Shown here: piece by piece, positions 16,111 to 26,256 of the stretch
How positions within the stretch are numbered: position 1 is the stretch's first letter
Layout: each line of letters begins with the position of its first letter
Origin: a virus
Reading direction: 5' to 3' (one strand)
Length of the DNA stretch: 64,000 nucleotides
IMG/VR virus record: IMGVR_UViG_3300025930_000008
Location: 32,001-96,000 of that record
The notes under the pieces: model-generated
What the model saw: only the letters and a program-made list of their open reading frames with translations
The model's database searches: none
Told to the model about the DNA's origin: nothing
Made by a program: the position numbers and the translations under genes

Positions 16111-16457
16111 CGTCTTACACCTATCGTATGGGTAGACGAGAGCTAGACCAGGGGCTTACGACCTCCGATAAAGGCGTCCCAATTCTGATGTTCGGTCGAA
16201 TATCTCATACTCGTCTGATTCTTAGTGCAGGCGGGGCACCCGTTTTATAGGTCCCCGCGATGGTCGTTTCACGATAGCAGATGGTCCGGTGGAGTCAAGA
16301 GCGCCAACGCGCCAAGACGGATCGGGGCACCTTCACCTTTGGCGAATGACCCTCAGGCCGATCACAAGGATAGCCGTCACCACCATTGCCGGGTGCCCAC
16401 CAGACCACCCCATCCCACTTCACGCGATAGATACAGTATCTACAATCAGCACTGAAT

Positions 16458-18158
16458 CTATATACCGCAGGCTCCACCGACGCAGCGTTCTTCCGACTCT
16501 TCAAAGACCACGCCTTCCTGTTCACGCGCGACATTATAGCCGACCGCGCTCAAGGGCTGTCCGCCCCGCGCCCCGTCAGGATAGCAGGTCACGCCGCGAA
16601 GTCTAGGGAGATAATCATACAACATCTTCCCAAAGTCCTCAACTTCATCCGGGTCTGTGATTACATACGGGAGGTTGATCGTGGAGGATATTCCGTGATC
16701 GACGTACTGCTGTACGAAGGCTTGAAACGCAATCCTTTTTTCCACATTGTATGAGAGCGAGTACGCATCTTCAATCTGGTCTGGCGCCACTCCATACTCG
16801 TCAACCAATCTCTTTGCGGTGGGATCAACGACGTACTGGTACTTCCATGTTTTGCCTGACGCCAGGTATCGACGTTTGTACGCCACACAGAAGATCGGTT
16901 CAATGCCAGTAGTTGTTTCAGCGATAATCCCGATTGTGCCTGTTGGAGCAATTGCTCTAGTCTTTGCAGGCCGAGTAAGGTTATGGCGATCTGCCCAATA
17001 GTGAGCGTACTCTGTCGCCTTTGTGTAGTATTCCAACCACTCTGCCAACTCTTCGTTTGGCTCATATGAATAACCTCGCTTGAGCAACCACTCATGAATT
17101 CCCATCAGGCCAAGGCCAAGACGCCTGTTCTTCTGACGAACAGCGTCAACCTTTTCGTAAGGGACATGACTATAAACCGTGCCTGCTAATAGGAAAAGAG
17201 TCGCATGGAATACAGCATCACCAAAGTCATCTAGGCTATCAAACCGTGCTAGATTTAGACTACCTAAATTACAAATGTCTGAATCATCTGTAGAGGTAAC
17301 CTCCGTGCAAGCGTTGCGTAGAGTTTCACCTGCGTTCTCCCCTGTGTCAATAGAGAACCCTGGCTCTGCCGTCTTGAGCATTCGCTTGACCGTAGACGAA
17401 TAAACATGCACTGCCTGGTCATGTAGCTCATGCCAGTCGTTCTCGTATGCTACAAAAAATTCATCGTCTAGAATAATGGATACATTAGTCATATCCAACG
17501 TGGCCGGGAAGTTGAAATCCTTCTCTTTGAGGGCGCGTACCTCTGCGGGCCAGTCCTTAACGCGAATAAACTTAATAGCATCAGGATGGGACCACTTAAG
17601 GCCAGCCCAAATAGCAGAACGACGACTACCACCCTGCATGATATGACGGCCACACTCATTGACCATTTCCATCAACGAAATAGGACCGGAAGCGAATCCA
17701 CCAGTGCGCTTGATAGGTTCACCCTCTGCACGCACATCAGAATAGTCTATACCGATACCGGCACCTGTCATCAGCGCCATAGACGCCCGGTAGAGTAGGT
17801 CAGACCATTCCTCGCGTGAGTCGCCAGCCTTTAACAACAAACAGTTCTGCGTCTGGTGTAGGTCACGACCTGAGGCGTACAGGTAACGACCACCCGGCAT
17901 GAACTGCCTGTTCGTAATAAGATTCAATACTCGCTGATACTCAGGAGTTGTATGGTCATAATCCAGGGCACCCAAAACATGCTTAGTAACACGCTCTGCT
18001 GTGTCCTCCCACGACTCCACTGGATTGCCGTTTTCGTCCTTCCAAGCGTACTTCTGTTCGTAAATAGATGATGCGAATGGACTCATGTCTACTTCCCGTA
18101 GTTCCTTGACTGTTACGGGAAGTGAGTCCCTCTCTGCTAGTGCCACTGTCGGTTGCAT
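16458..18158 (-). CDS. nrdJ: Ribonucleotide reductase, class II (B12-dependent)
   Basis: PGGR, NCLL, GAGIG, NACTE, CNLGSLNL, APTGT, C-terminal C..GAC; no beta subunit nearby. Confidence 0.88.
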   Translation of the reverse strand: MQPTVALAERDSLPVTVKELREVDMSPFASSIYEQKYAWKDENGNPVESWEDTAERVTKHVLGALDYDHTTPEYQRVLNLITNRQFMPGGRYLYASGRDLHQTQNCLLLKAGDSREEWSDLLYRASMALMTGAGIGIDYSDVRAEGEPIKRTGGFASGPISLMEMVNECGRHIMQGGSRRSAIWAGLKWSHPDAIKFIRVKDWPAEVRALKEKDFNFPATLDMTNVSIILDDEFFVAYENDWHELHDQAVHVYSSTVKRMLKTAEPGFSIDTGENAGETLRNACTEVTSTDDSDICNLGSLNLARFDSLDDFGDAVFHATLFLLAGTVYSHVPYEKVDAVRQKNRRLGLGLMGIHEWLLKRGYSYEPNEELAEWLEYYTKATEYAHYWADRHNLTRPAKTRAIAPTGTIGIIAETTTGIEPIFCVAYKRRYLASGKTWKYQYVVDPTAKRLVDEYGVAPDQIEDAYSLSYNVEKRIAFQAFVQQYVDHGISSTINLPYVITDPDEVEDFGKMLYDYLPRLRGVTCYPDGARGGQPLSAVGYNVAREQEGVVFEESEERCVGGACGI

Positions 18159-18319
18159 TCCCTTTGTGTTTTAGTCCGTAGACCTTACACGTCGCCCCGG
18201 ATACGCATGAAGTGGCAAGCCAGCCATCCAACCTGGGCGTCTGATATCGCGCGCCCACTGGAGCCTTAAGGGTTAACAGGAGAAAGAAAAAGACCCTCTG
18301 CTCATATATAAATTTTGTA

Positions 18320-18637
18320 ATGAACCTACTACTAGACAACCCACAGCTTTGGGTTCTTCTAATTGGAAGTATTGTACCATTAGGAGGGTATCTTCTTAAC
18401 AAGGTAGGTCCGTGGGTGGACGAAAGTACAAAAGCTTTTGTTCAGGTACTATTAGCGGCAGTAGCTGCTGCTCTATACACGGCTCTTGATACGGATGTAT
18501 TTGGTTGGAATGACGACACACTACAGTTAGTCCTAACTGGTATAGTTTCTATGTTAGCAGCCCATAAGCTACTATGGAAGCCTGCTAGGGTAAATGAACG
18601 TCTTGGAGCTATAGAGGACGTACCTGAGGGTAAGTAA
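18320..18637 (+). CDS. Holin-like three-TM protein
   Basis: Three hydrophobic helices, charged C-terminus. Confidence 0.55.
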   Translation: MNLLLDNPQLWVLLIGSIVPLGGYLLNKVGPWVDESTKAFVQVLLAAVAAALYTALDTDVFGWNDDTLQLVLTGIVSMLAAHKLLWKPARVNERLGAIEDVPEGK

Positions 18638-18663
18638 CCCAGCGCGCAGGCGAGTAAACGTGC

Positions 18664-18689
18664 GAGGCCCGCTCTAATCGGCGGGTCTT
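18664..18689 (+). terminator. Hairpin/terminator after the holin-like gene
   Basis: GAGGCCCGC-tctaatcg-GCGGGTCTT; stem nearly identical to the 1227-1247 hairpin. Confidence 0.5.
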
Positions 18690-18741
18690 GCTCGTTCTAG
18701 GCAACATTTCCTTGGACCTGGGCGTTTGAAATCATGAACGG

Positions 18742-19062
18742 ATGACCCAAATCGTTGCTCGCCAACAGTGCCGCTCACTTGACGGCTGGTATCCTTACAA
18801 GGCTCAGTCCTCAGCCGATGAGGACGCACATTACGTTGTCCATGTGAACCCTTGGGCTAATCGTAGTGAACAACATGTATGTGAATGTAAGGGTTACCAG
18901 TATCGTGGCCGCTGTCGGCATCAAAAGGAAGCTCACCTAGATCATTGCGGCTGGAATGAAGTGGATAGTGAGATTCAACAGACTCCTGAGGAAGCAAAGA
19001 ATCGTATCTGTCCTGAGTGTGGTGGTCCAACCCACTATGCAATGTGGGAAGTAGATGAATGA
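18742..19062 (+). CDS. SWIM Zn-finger protein
   Basis: CECKGYQYRGRCRH plus CPECGG. Confidence 0.75.
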   Translation: MTQIVARQQCRSLDGWYPYKAQSSADEDAHYVVHVNPWANRSEQHVCECKGYQYRGRCRHQKEAHLDHCGWNEVDSEIQQTPEEAKNRICPECGGPTHYAMWEVDE

Positions 19063-19609
19063 AGAGACTAAACAACTAGGTGAGGCGTACCGTCAGTGGA
19101 AAGATGCTGAGAAATCTAAGAACGTGGCTAGAGACAAGTTCTTCCGGGCGGTCACTGAGGAATTGGAGCAGGAGATTCCGCCACAGGTGGTTGAGCGCGT
19201 CGAAGCCAGCGATGATGAGCAGGCGTTACGTATTGCTCAGCGTCGGTTTGTTCGTCACCGCGTTGTTGATGTGGCTCGCGTTAGTGATACGGAATACGAC
19301 GTTATCCTAGAGGAAGATGCAAGCCTCCGTCCGTATTCTTATATTAACCGGGATGATGGAACAGTATACCGACGCATCATATCTGAGGGAACGCCGATTC
19401 TTGATGATGAGGCATTACGCGATGAGTCACCCGAGCTTTGGGAGGCTATCACTGAGGAAGTGGTTGAAAGGAAACTCAAACCCTTGGATAAGCTAACCCC
19501 TGAGGAAACAGAGGCGTTGCGGCCCTACATAGCCATGCCCAAGCCACAGGTAAAGTTAGGTGCCCCCCGAAAGGCTACGCAAGAGGAACTAGATGGAGCA
19601 GAAGAGTAA
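19055..19609 (+). CDS. Hypothetical phage protein
   Basis: 184-aa coupled ORF. Confidence 0.7.
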   Translation: MNEETKQLGEAYRQWKDAEKSKNVARDKFFRAVTEELEQEIPPQVVERVEASDDEQALRIAQRRFVRHRVVDVARVSDTEYDVILEEDASLRPYSYINRDDGTVYRRIISEGTPILDDEALRDESPELWEAITEEVVERKLKPLDKLTPEETEALRPYIAMPKPQVKLGAPRKATQEELDGAEE

Positions 19610-19693
19610 GTTCGTTGCTGGTATCACTTGTGGAAGGCTCAGATTCCGGGAGCCAATCATTTCTATACCAGCAGACGAGATTGAGCAATTGAT

Positions 19694-20032
19694 ATGCGAA
19701 CTACAACAGACCCAAAAAACTTCCGATTCCACTTCACGGTAACGGACCTTGCACGATTTCTCGGTAAATCTCCCGTCACGCTTCGGCATTGGGAACGGCA
19801 AGGTCTTGTGGTATTTCCAAGGGACACAAACGGGGACCGTAAGCTGTCAACTCAAGATGTTAGATATATGGCACGAATTGCCGCGAACCTGGGTCGTATC
19901 ACAGAGGAACGTAAGAACTTGGTTGAAGCAACCATCACAATGTTGCAGTTAGTTGAACAGGAGAATGATGATAAAGGTAGCATTATTGGGAGCGCCGTCG
20001 TCGGGCAAAACGGACACGGCACAGGACATTAG
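19694..20032 (+). CDS. MerR-type HTH DNA-binding protein
   Basis: TVTDLARFLGKSPVTLRHWERQGLV..RDTNGDR. Confidence 0.8.
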   Translation: MRTTTDPKNFRFHFTVTDLARFLGKSPVTLRHWERQGLVVFPRDTNGDRKLSTQDVRYMARIAANLGRITEERKNLVEATITMLQLVEQENDDKGSIIGSAVVGQNGHGTGH

Positions 20033-20564
20033 TAATGGATTGCACGACCGCACCGTCAGCATATGCGACGAGTACGTTGCCGACATTGAAGAACGCTCAG
20101 ACAATACTCTCGGACACTTTGCCACTTATCTGGGAAACCTACAGGTGGGCATCGGACGTTGGGAACGCGAGCGTCAATTGGTACGCGACTTCAAGCCTGA
20201 CATTCTTATCACTTGCGGAACCGTGGTGGAGACTGTCGTCTACGAAGCGCTGAACGCGCTCACGATGGCAAGCCTCAATGGCGACTCTCTCACGCTCCGC
20301 GAGGTACAGAATAACAAGCGCGCGTCGGTAACCCTGACCGCGTTGAGTATCATAGCCCATGACACCTGGGACTATGACTATGCGTATTATCTACCGTTAG
20401 TAGACTGTGATGACCAACGTCATCAGGCAGTAGATAAACACATTCTAGAATCAGCAAGCGCTCTGGAAGTACCAGTCAAGCAAGTAGACCAGGCAGCAGT
20501 AGCTACCATAGTACAGGATATTATCGCGCATGAGCAAGCTGAAACTCCCGCATCTGACCAGTAG
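19965..20564 (+). CDS. P-loop NTPase / nucleotide-kinase-like protein
   Basis: N-terminal VALLGAPSSGKT; YDYAYYLP. Confidence 0.65.
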   Translation: MMIKVALLGAPSSGKTDTAQDISNGLHDRTVSICDEYVADIEERSDNTLGHFATYLGNLQVGIGRWERERQLVRDFKPDILITCGTVVETVVYEALNALTMASLNGDSLTLREVQNNKRASVTLTALSIIAHDTWDYDYAYYLPLVDCDDQRHQAVDKHILESASALEVPVKQVDQAAVATIVQDIIAHEQAETPASDQ

Positions 20565-21327
20565 CCAGTTTGCGGAGATAGAACAGCGAGCGAGGCTGTC
20601 GGGTATTCACCCGGATACGTGCCCAACGTGCGGGTCAGTCGCAGACGAGTGGGGCGAGCGCGAAAACGGAGTTTTCACGTTCAATGATGTCACTCAAAAG
20701 TGCGACTGTCAAGACCAGATCATGCTTCGTAAGCATTATCTACTGGCGAACATACCCGATCAGTACATGCGCCTGGATTGGGAGCGAGACTATAAGGGCG
20801 ATGCTAATGCGAAGATCGCCGTGGATAGTTTCCTATCCAACTGGCCTCAGTACAAGCTGTACGGTATGGGCCTAGAGCTAGGTGGCCCACTCGGCGTAGG
20901 TAAGACGTTCGCCGCCACAACTATAGCGCGCGAGTTGGTAAAGCGTGGTGAAGATGTTTTCTTCTTACCTTTCAACCAGATGCTTTACGCGATACGACAC
21001 GACGAACGAGCCGTACTAGCCAGGATGAATGAATCGAATGTTCTGGTATTGGATGAGATACAGGCTCCACCCAACGATTCACTACGGAACGTGATGGAAA
21101 ACCATTTTGAATCAGTCGTTCGAAATCGGACAAACTACAATGGGGTAACCATTTTGACAACAAATCTTTCCGAGAAGGATATGCAGGTCCATTACTCCCG
21201 TTCATACAGTCTATTAGCGGCGAAAGAAGTGCGGGTTGAAATATCTGGTGATGATGTGCGGAAGCGTGCAATAGGACAAGAGAATCTTGCTCGACTACTG
21301 AGCGGTCAACAGGCCCCGATTTCATGA
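20530..21327 (+). CDS. DnaC/IstB-like helicase loader
   Basis: CxxC..CxC, GPLGVGKT, LVLDE, TILTTN. Confidence 0.85.
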   Translation: MSKLKLPHLTSSQFAEIEQRARLSGIHPDTCPTCGSVADEWGERENGVFTFNDVTQKCDCQDQIMLRKHYLLANIPDQYMRLDWERDYKGDANAKIAVDSFLSNWPQYKLYGMGLELGGPLGVGKTFAATTIARELVKRGEDVFFLPFNQMLYAIRHDERAVLARMNESNVLVLDEIQAPPNDSLRNVMENHFESVVRNRTNYNGVTILTTNLSEKDMQVHYSRSYSLLAAKEVRVEISGDDVRKRAIGQENLARLLSGQQAPIS

Positions 21328-22556
21328 CTGTTCTAGACCTTGATTTGGAGTTGATGTTCCATCTTACGGACCCAGCGTCGTGGCAGGTCATCCGTGATGA
21401 GCATTTTAATCCCGTACTGCTTGAAGATAATCTCGTTGCATCGGTCTATGAATTCTGCCGTACTCATTTCAATGAACAGGGGGCCTTGCCGAATGCGCTC
21501 GTCATCGAGGAAGAATTTAAGAGTCACGGTGTAACTCTTGAGCCATCCAAGGTGGCTATTGGGGATTTGATTCAACGCCTGCGCAATCGCTACGCTACTA
21601 ATCAGGGTAGACATGCCATCTTGGATATTACGAACAAGACGATCAATGACCCAACTCAACTCGCTAAGGCTATGTTGGAGGAAGGGAATCGCCTCCACCG
21701 ATTGCTTACCCCACGGGGTAAGGCGTTCAACGCCGATGACTACGGCAAAGCCATAGAACGCTATCACAAAAGTGTCGTGGCTGGGCGAGGACCATCGTTG
21801 GGGTTCGTTGAACTGGACGATTACTTCTACGGACAACGTGGCCTCACTTTCATGGTTGGTGCGCCTAAGTCATTCAAGTCGTGGTTCACTGTCAAGGCTG
21901 TGTTAGAGAATGTCAAGAACGGTGGCAGTCCATACCTCTACAGCCTTGAGCTACCGGCTGAGGAAACGGATATGCGGCTGCGGTGTCTCGCGGCAGATGT
22001 ACCTTACTGGAAGTACCTACAGCATCAGCTAGACAAGCAAGACATTCAGGCTATTGAGGAGCACTCAGAGATACTAGCAGGCTTCGGCAACGTCACTATT
22101 GATAAGCCACAACAGGGTGACCGCTCCGTGGACAGTATCATTGGCCGTGCCCGTGATGCTGGTGCTGACTGTATCTTTGTCGATCAGTTGCAGTATGTTG
22201 AAAACCGCAAGGGGATCGCTGTTGGTGCGACTAATGACACCAAAGATTATTTCGAAGTCATCAATGACCTCAGAGATTTCTCCGACGATGGTCCCATCTG
22301 GTGTGTCCATCAGTTCAATCGCTCCGTCCTGAACTCTGACTCGATGCCCGAAATGCAGCAGATCAAAGGGTCTGCCGCCGTGGAGGAATGCTCAACTCTA
22401 GCACTTGGCCTCTGGTCTAACAAGGAAATGCGCAAATCGAATCTCCTGCACCTAGGAGTGCTTACCGCCCGCAACTTTGGATACAAGACCTGGGAGGCTC
22501 AGGTTAGAATGCGTACTGGTTGTAACATCAATGTCATTGGCGAGGTAACAGAATGA
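21324..22556 (+). CDS. dnaB: DnaB-like replicative helicase
   Basis: GAPKSFKS, SLE, FVDQLQ, HQFNR. Confidence 0.85.
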   Translation: MTVLDLDLELMFHLTDPASWQVIRDEHFNPVLLEDNLVASVYEFCRTHFNEQGALPNALVIEEEFKSHGVTLEPSKVAIGDLIQRLRNRYATNQGRHAILDITNKTINDPTQLAKAMLEEGNRLHRLLTPRGKAFNADDYGKAIERYHKSVVAGRGPSLGFVELDDYFYGQRGLTFMVGAPKSFKSWFTVKAVLENVKNGGSPYLYSLELPAEETDMRLRCLAADVPYWKYLQHQLDKQDIQAIEEHSEILAGFGNVTIDKPQQGDRSVDSIIGRARDAGADCIFVDQLQYVENRKGIAVGATNDTKDYFEVINDLRDFSDDGPIWCVHQFNRSVLNSDSMPEMQQIKGSAAVEECSTLALGLWSNKEMRKSNLLHLGVLTARNFGYKTWEAQVRMRTGCNINVIGEVTE

Positions 22557-23077
22557 TCTACGGCGACTCAATAGAACTAATGCGTATGATGGACGTAGGT
22601 AGTGTGGACTTTGTGTTAGCTGATCCACCATACAGTGACCATGAAACTATTGACCTGGGTATCTACTATGCCCGCGCCATCTGTAAGGGACCATCACTGT
22701 TCTTTATGTATCCTGAGGACTTGTGTCGCCTAGAGGAACCACCCGATCAGGTCATCCACTGGATCAAGCCACCTAGTACCAAGAATACAGTGCGTAGATA
22801 CTCACGCTTTGTTGAGGCTATCGCATGTTATGACCTAGATCAGAGTCCGTTCAATCAGGACACGCATTGGACGACCCGGACAGGCGTGTTCAATGACAGT
22901 TTCGCTGCCAAGCAAGTCCATCCTTTTGAGAAGCCAGCCAGCCTACTTGAAAAGCTACTGGTTGTCCACTCTAAGCCAGGGGACTTGGTTCTCGATCCTT
23001 TTGCCGGATCCGGTTCGGTTGAAAAGGTCTGTAATCGCATCGGTCGTAAATGTCTATCCATTGAAATCAAACCATGA
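22553..23077 (+). CDS. DNA N6-adenine/N4-cytosine methyltransferase (beta class)
   Basis: DPPY ... HPFEKP ... VLDPFAGSG. Confidence 0.9.
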   Translation: MIYGDSIELMRMMDVGSVDFVLADPPYSDHETIDLGIYYARAICKGPSLFFMYPEDLCRLEEPPDQVIHWIKPPSTKNTVRRYSRFVEAIACYDLDQSPFNQDTHWTTRTGVFNDSFAAKQVHPFEKPASLLEKLLVVHSKPGDLVLDPFAGSGSVEKVCNRIGRKCLSIEIKP

Positions 23078-23751
23078 GTCAGTATGTAGTATTCCATCCG
23101 TATGGCACTGTTGATCTAGAGGCTTCGCATGCCTCAGATTTATCAGTGGTCAACGCTGCCCGCGTATCTTTTGCCAAACACAGCCGTTTCTACTCGGACA
23201 CCGACGCTAGGGTCCTACGGTTCTTGATGAAGGAAAAGCACGGTACGCCCTTTGAGCATAATTATTTCAGATGGCGTGTACGTGCGCCTATGATTGTTTT
23301 CTGGGAGTGGGTACGGCATCGTATGGCCTCCTACAACGTGGAATCAGCACGGTATGTGGAAATGCGTCCGCACTTTTACTATCCAGATGAGGCGCGTATT
23401 CAAAAGGGCAGGCCAGGAGACTACTGGTTTGAGTCAGGGACAGGAGAGCAGACCAAATGGTTACAGAAGGAACTATCAGAGCATTCGCAACAGGGGTTCG
23501 ACCTCTACCTAGAAGCAATCGACCGGGGAATTGCCAAAGAGCAGGCCCGTCTGTTCGTGCCTCCAAATCTCTACGTAGAGTTTTATTTCTCCTGCAACGC
23601 CCGCAGCCTCATGAACTTCCTGTCCCTGCGTAATGACACTCATGCTATGTATGAGATACGCAAGTATGCTATCGCTCTAGAGTATCTATGGGGCGAGATA
23701 ATGCCAGACACTAAGAAGGCATTCGTAGAACATGGTCGCATTGCACCTTAA
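23074..23751 (+). CDS. thyX: FAD-dependent thymidylate synthase
   Basis: AARVS, HGTPFEH, RHRMASYNVESARY. Confidence 0.95.
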   Translation: MSQYVVFHPYGTVDLEASHASDLSVVNAARVSFAKHSRFYSDTDARVLRFLMKEKHGTPFEHNYFRWRVRAPMIVFWEWVRHRMASYNVESARYVEMRPHFYYPDEARIQKGRPGDYWFESGTGEQTKWLQKELSEHSQQGFDLYLEAIDRGIAKEQARLFVPPNLYVEFYFSCNARSLMNFLSLRNDTHAMYEIRKYAIALEYLWGEIMPDTKKAFVEHGRIAP

Positions 23752-24736
23752 ATGGGATGACATATACCCTCGTATAGATTGGGAGAAACTATACGATGAA
23801 CTTGGATGGGAGCCAATCTACACCCGAGGGGACGAAGATAAGGGGTACTGTCTCATGCCCCAAAACCATACCCACGGAGACTCCACGGGAAAACTGGCTA
23901 TCAACCGAGCGAAGGGACTCTACAATTGTTGGGTATGTGGTGGAGGCACTGTGGTACAGCTTGTCAGTGCTGTACGTTCTCTATCTGCTCAAGATAGTTT
24001 GAAGTACCTTTCACAGTTTGTTGATTCAAGCACTAAAGAGTCAACAGATGAATTCACGACTCGCGTCGCAAGACTATTGGCGAAGGAAACGGAATCACCA
24101 CGCCGCGTGTCGCCGCCGGTATTCAACCCTAACGTACTCAAAGACTGGCAAACGCCCCATGAGTGGTTTGATTCCCGACATATTCGTGATGGAGTACGTC
24201 AAAGTTTCCAAGCGGGGTTTGACCCTGTGGCTAGACGGTACTCCCCGGAACACGGAACATACGAAGGTCCGGGAATCATACTTCCCCATTTTTGGGGTGG
24301 CTCATTGGTTGGATGGCAAACTAGATGGCTGGACGGTAAGCCCAAGTGGCTCCCTAAGTACACGAACACTACTGATTTTCCACGCGAGACAACTTTATGG
24401 GGATACGATAGTGCAGCAACATCTGAACATGCGCCGGTTATTGTGGAGTCCGTCCCAACAGCCCTCTACCTAATCTCCGAGGGTTACCCGGCAATTGCGA
24501 CGTTCGGAGCGCAGATCACAGAGGCCCAACTGCGCCATTTGAGACAATTTCAACAGGGCGTAATTCTCGCCCCGGACAACGACTCTGCTGGTAGAAAGTG
24601 GCTCGATACGACCACTAAATACTTGGAGAGATTTATTCCTGTCAATAGCGTAGGCCCCGTCGAAGGTGAAGGCGCGGACCTAGGTGACTTACAACCAACT
24701 CAATTACAATGGCATTTAGAAAATACCAAAAAGTAG
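23732..24736 (+). CDS. DNA primase (Zn-binding domain plus TOPRIM)
   Basis: C..P..H.D...CWVC; VES; DNDSAG. Confidence 0.88.
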   Translation: MVALHLKWDDIYPRIDWEKLYDELGWEPIYTRGDEDKGYCLMPQNHTHGDSTGKLAINRAKGLYNCWVCGGGTVVQLVSAVRSLSAQDSLKYLSQFVDSSTKESTDEFTTRVARLLAKETESPRRVSPPVFNPNVLKDWQTPHEWFDSRHIRDGVRQSFQAGFDPVARRYSPEHGTYEGPGIILPHFWGGSLVGWQTRWLDGKPKWLPKYTNTTDFPRETTLWGYDSAATSEHAPVIVESVPTALYLISEGYPAIATFGAQITEAQLRHLRQFQQGVILAPDNDSAGRKWLDTTTKYLERFIPVNSVGPVEGEGADLGDLQPTQLQWHLENTKK

Positions 24737-24876
24737 AAAAGCACGATGTCGTGAGTCCTGAGGGCCACGACGCAATTGCGGACGAACTCCGTAAAACCGG
24801 CAAGACAAGCGTGTCGGAAATGACCTCTGCTGAGAAAGAGCAGACTATCAAGCGTCTGGACAACGATGAGAGTTAG
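24709..24876 (+). CDS. 55-aa hypothetical protein
   Basis: MAFRKYQKVEKHDVVSPEGH...; not in ORF track. Confidence 0.5.
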   Translation: MAFRKYQKVEKHDVVSPEGHDAIADELRKTGKTSVSEMTSAEKEQTIKRLDNDES

Positions 24877-25009
24877 AGCGCAAGCATCCCTTCTTGTCGT
24901 TGGAACATTTGCCACTGGACAAACGGCGTTGCCACGACTTGAAGTGGCATCGAGTCTCCCGGTCGGCACCTTTGCCACCGGGCAAGCGGTCAACCTGACC
25001 GTTCTGTAG
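24866..25009 (+). CDS. 47-aa peptide with duplicated VGTFATGQ
   Basis: The two repeat copies differ only at synonymous third positions. Confidence 0.5.
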   Translation: MRVRAQASLLVVGTFATGQTALPRLEVASSLPVGTFATGQAVNLTVL

Positions 25010-25057
25010 TCTTTAGACATACGCAAAACACAAGCTGCCAAGCAGCTTTACAAGCAC

Positions 25058-25990
25058 ATGGAGAATTACATGCCCGAGTTTAGGCGTGGTATTGCAGGTA
25101 TGCAGTCGAACAACGGTTCCGGGGGCAAGCAGTTCCCGGCCTTCTGCCCAGAAATCAGGTGGCAGAATGACCGTGAAGAGAAGTTCATCCTATTTCTCAA
25201 CACGATTGATGACATTCCAACCGTCGAGCTTCACACATTCATCCCGGTTGGAACTACTAAGAGCGGCAAGACAAAGTACGACCAGTTTATCTCCCGTCGT
25301 GATCCGGCAATTGGAGAGTCTGCTGATGATTTGTCAGACCGTTTGGGTCGTAAAGCTGTGGCTAGGGCTTTAGCAGTCGCAGTTGAACTAGAGCCTAAGT
25401 ACAAGATGGTCAACGGTAAGCGCCGTCCGACTGGCTTTGAGGTAAAGACTGAAACCTTTACCCGTAAGACCGAGGAAGGTGGCACTGAGGACGTTGAGGC
25501 TCCGCTCGTCGGCCTGGTAGTACAGTCGCCGTACAATTTCTACGGCTGGCTTGGCTCATTCAGTGAGTCCACTGGAACCATTGAGGACACTCCGTTCCAG
25601 ATCATCCGTCGTGGTAAGGATGCAAAGACCACGTACGATTTCATGCCGTTCCTTGACCAAGAGGTTGACTTTACTAATCTCATTAGTCTTGTAGGAAACG
25701 TTAGCTACCTCCGTGGTGAAGTAGATAAGCTTCCTTCTGACGACAAGGAAGCGGCTCTCCGTATTGGTGAAGTAATGCTAGAGAAGCGTCTATCAGAACT
25801 TACCGATAAGGACCGCTACACGGAATTGGTCACTCCTATTCAGGAGATTGAAGATCGGTTCGGTGGTAGCGGCGGTCAGACTAGGATTGAACCTAAGGCT
25901 GACGCACAGGCAATGGTCACCCCGACCAATGGTACGACTAACGGCTCAGATAAGTTTGAGCAGCTAAGAAAGATGCACGAAGGGGTCTAA
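25058..25990 (+). CDS. Putative ssDNA-binding protein
   Basis: Position in the replication cluster; RRGKDAKTTYDF resembles phage SSB motifs. Confidence 0.5.
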   Translation: MENYMPEFRRGIAGMQSNNGSGGKQFPAFCPEIRWQNDREEKFILFLNTIDDIPTVELHTFIPVGTTKSGKTKYDQFISRRDPAIGESADDLSDRLGRKAVARALAVAVELEPKYKMVNGKRRPTGFEVKTETFTRKTEEGGTEDVEAPLVGLVVQSPYNFYGWLGSFSESTGTIEDTPFQIIRRGKDAKTTYDFMPFLDQEVDFTNLISLVGNVSYLRGEVDKLPSDDKEAALRIGEVMLEKRLSELTDKDRYTELVTPIQEIEDRFGGSGGQTRIEPKADAQAMVTPTNGTTNGSDKFEQLRKMHEGV

Positions 25991-26256
25991 TGTATACAGT
26001 TGACACTGAGTCTGTCGAGTATGCCTTCGACCATCTGATGAATGTTGCTCAGATTCACGCTGACAACGATTCTATGGCAGAGATTGCCAGCGCCCTTAAG
26101 CTAGTACATCAGGGCCTTGGCATGACTGAGGAAGCTACTGATGCGGTCTTTACGGGCATTGCGAAAATGTCTCCCGAACTAGACAAAGCATCGTGGATGG
26201 TACTTGGTGTCATCATCGGGTTAGCGGCAGCACAACATGGCGCTGAATCCGAGTAG
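25990..26256 (+). CDS. Hypothetical protein
   Basis: TAATG-coupled ORF. Confidence 0.6.
   Translation: MYTVDTESVEYAFDHLMNVAQIHADNDSMAEIASALKLVHQGLGMTEEATDAVFTGIAKMSPELDKASWMVLGVIIGLAAAQHGAESE

Noticed and set aside
18160-18300. Cobalamin riboswitch or NrdR box before nrdJ
   Set aside because: Consensus motifs not recognisable
17983-18402. 139-aa minus-strand ORF
   Set aside because: Overlaps nrdJ out of frame and the divergent holin-like gene; no recognisable motif
24700-25041. Minus-strand 113-aa ORF with CPVAxVPT repeat
   Set aside because: Antisense shadow of the plus-strand VGTFATGQ repeat; opposes operon direction and has a non-synonymous change
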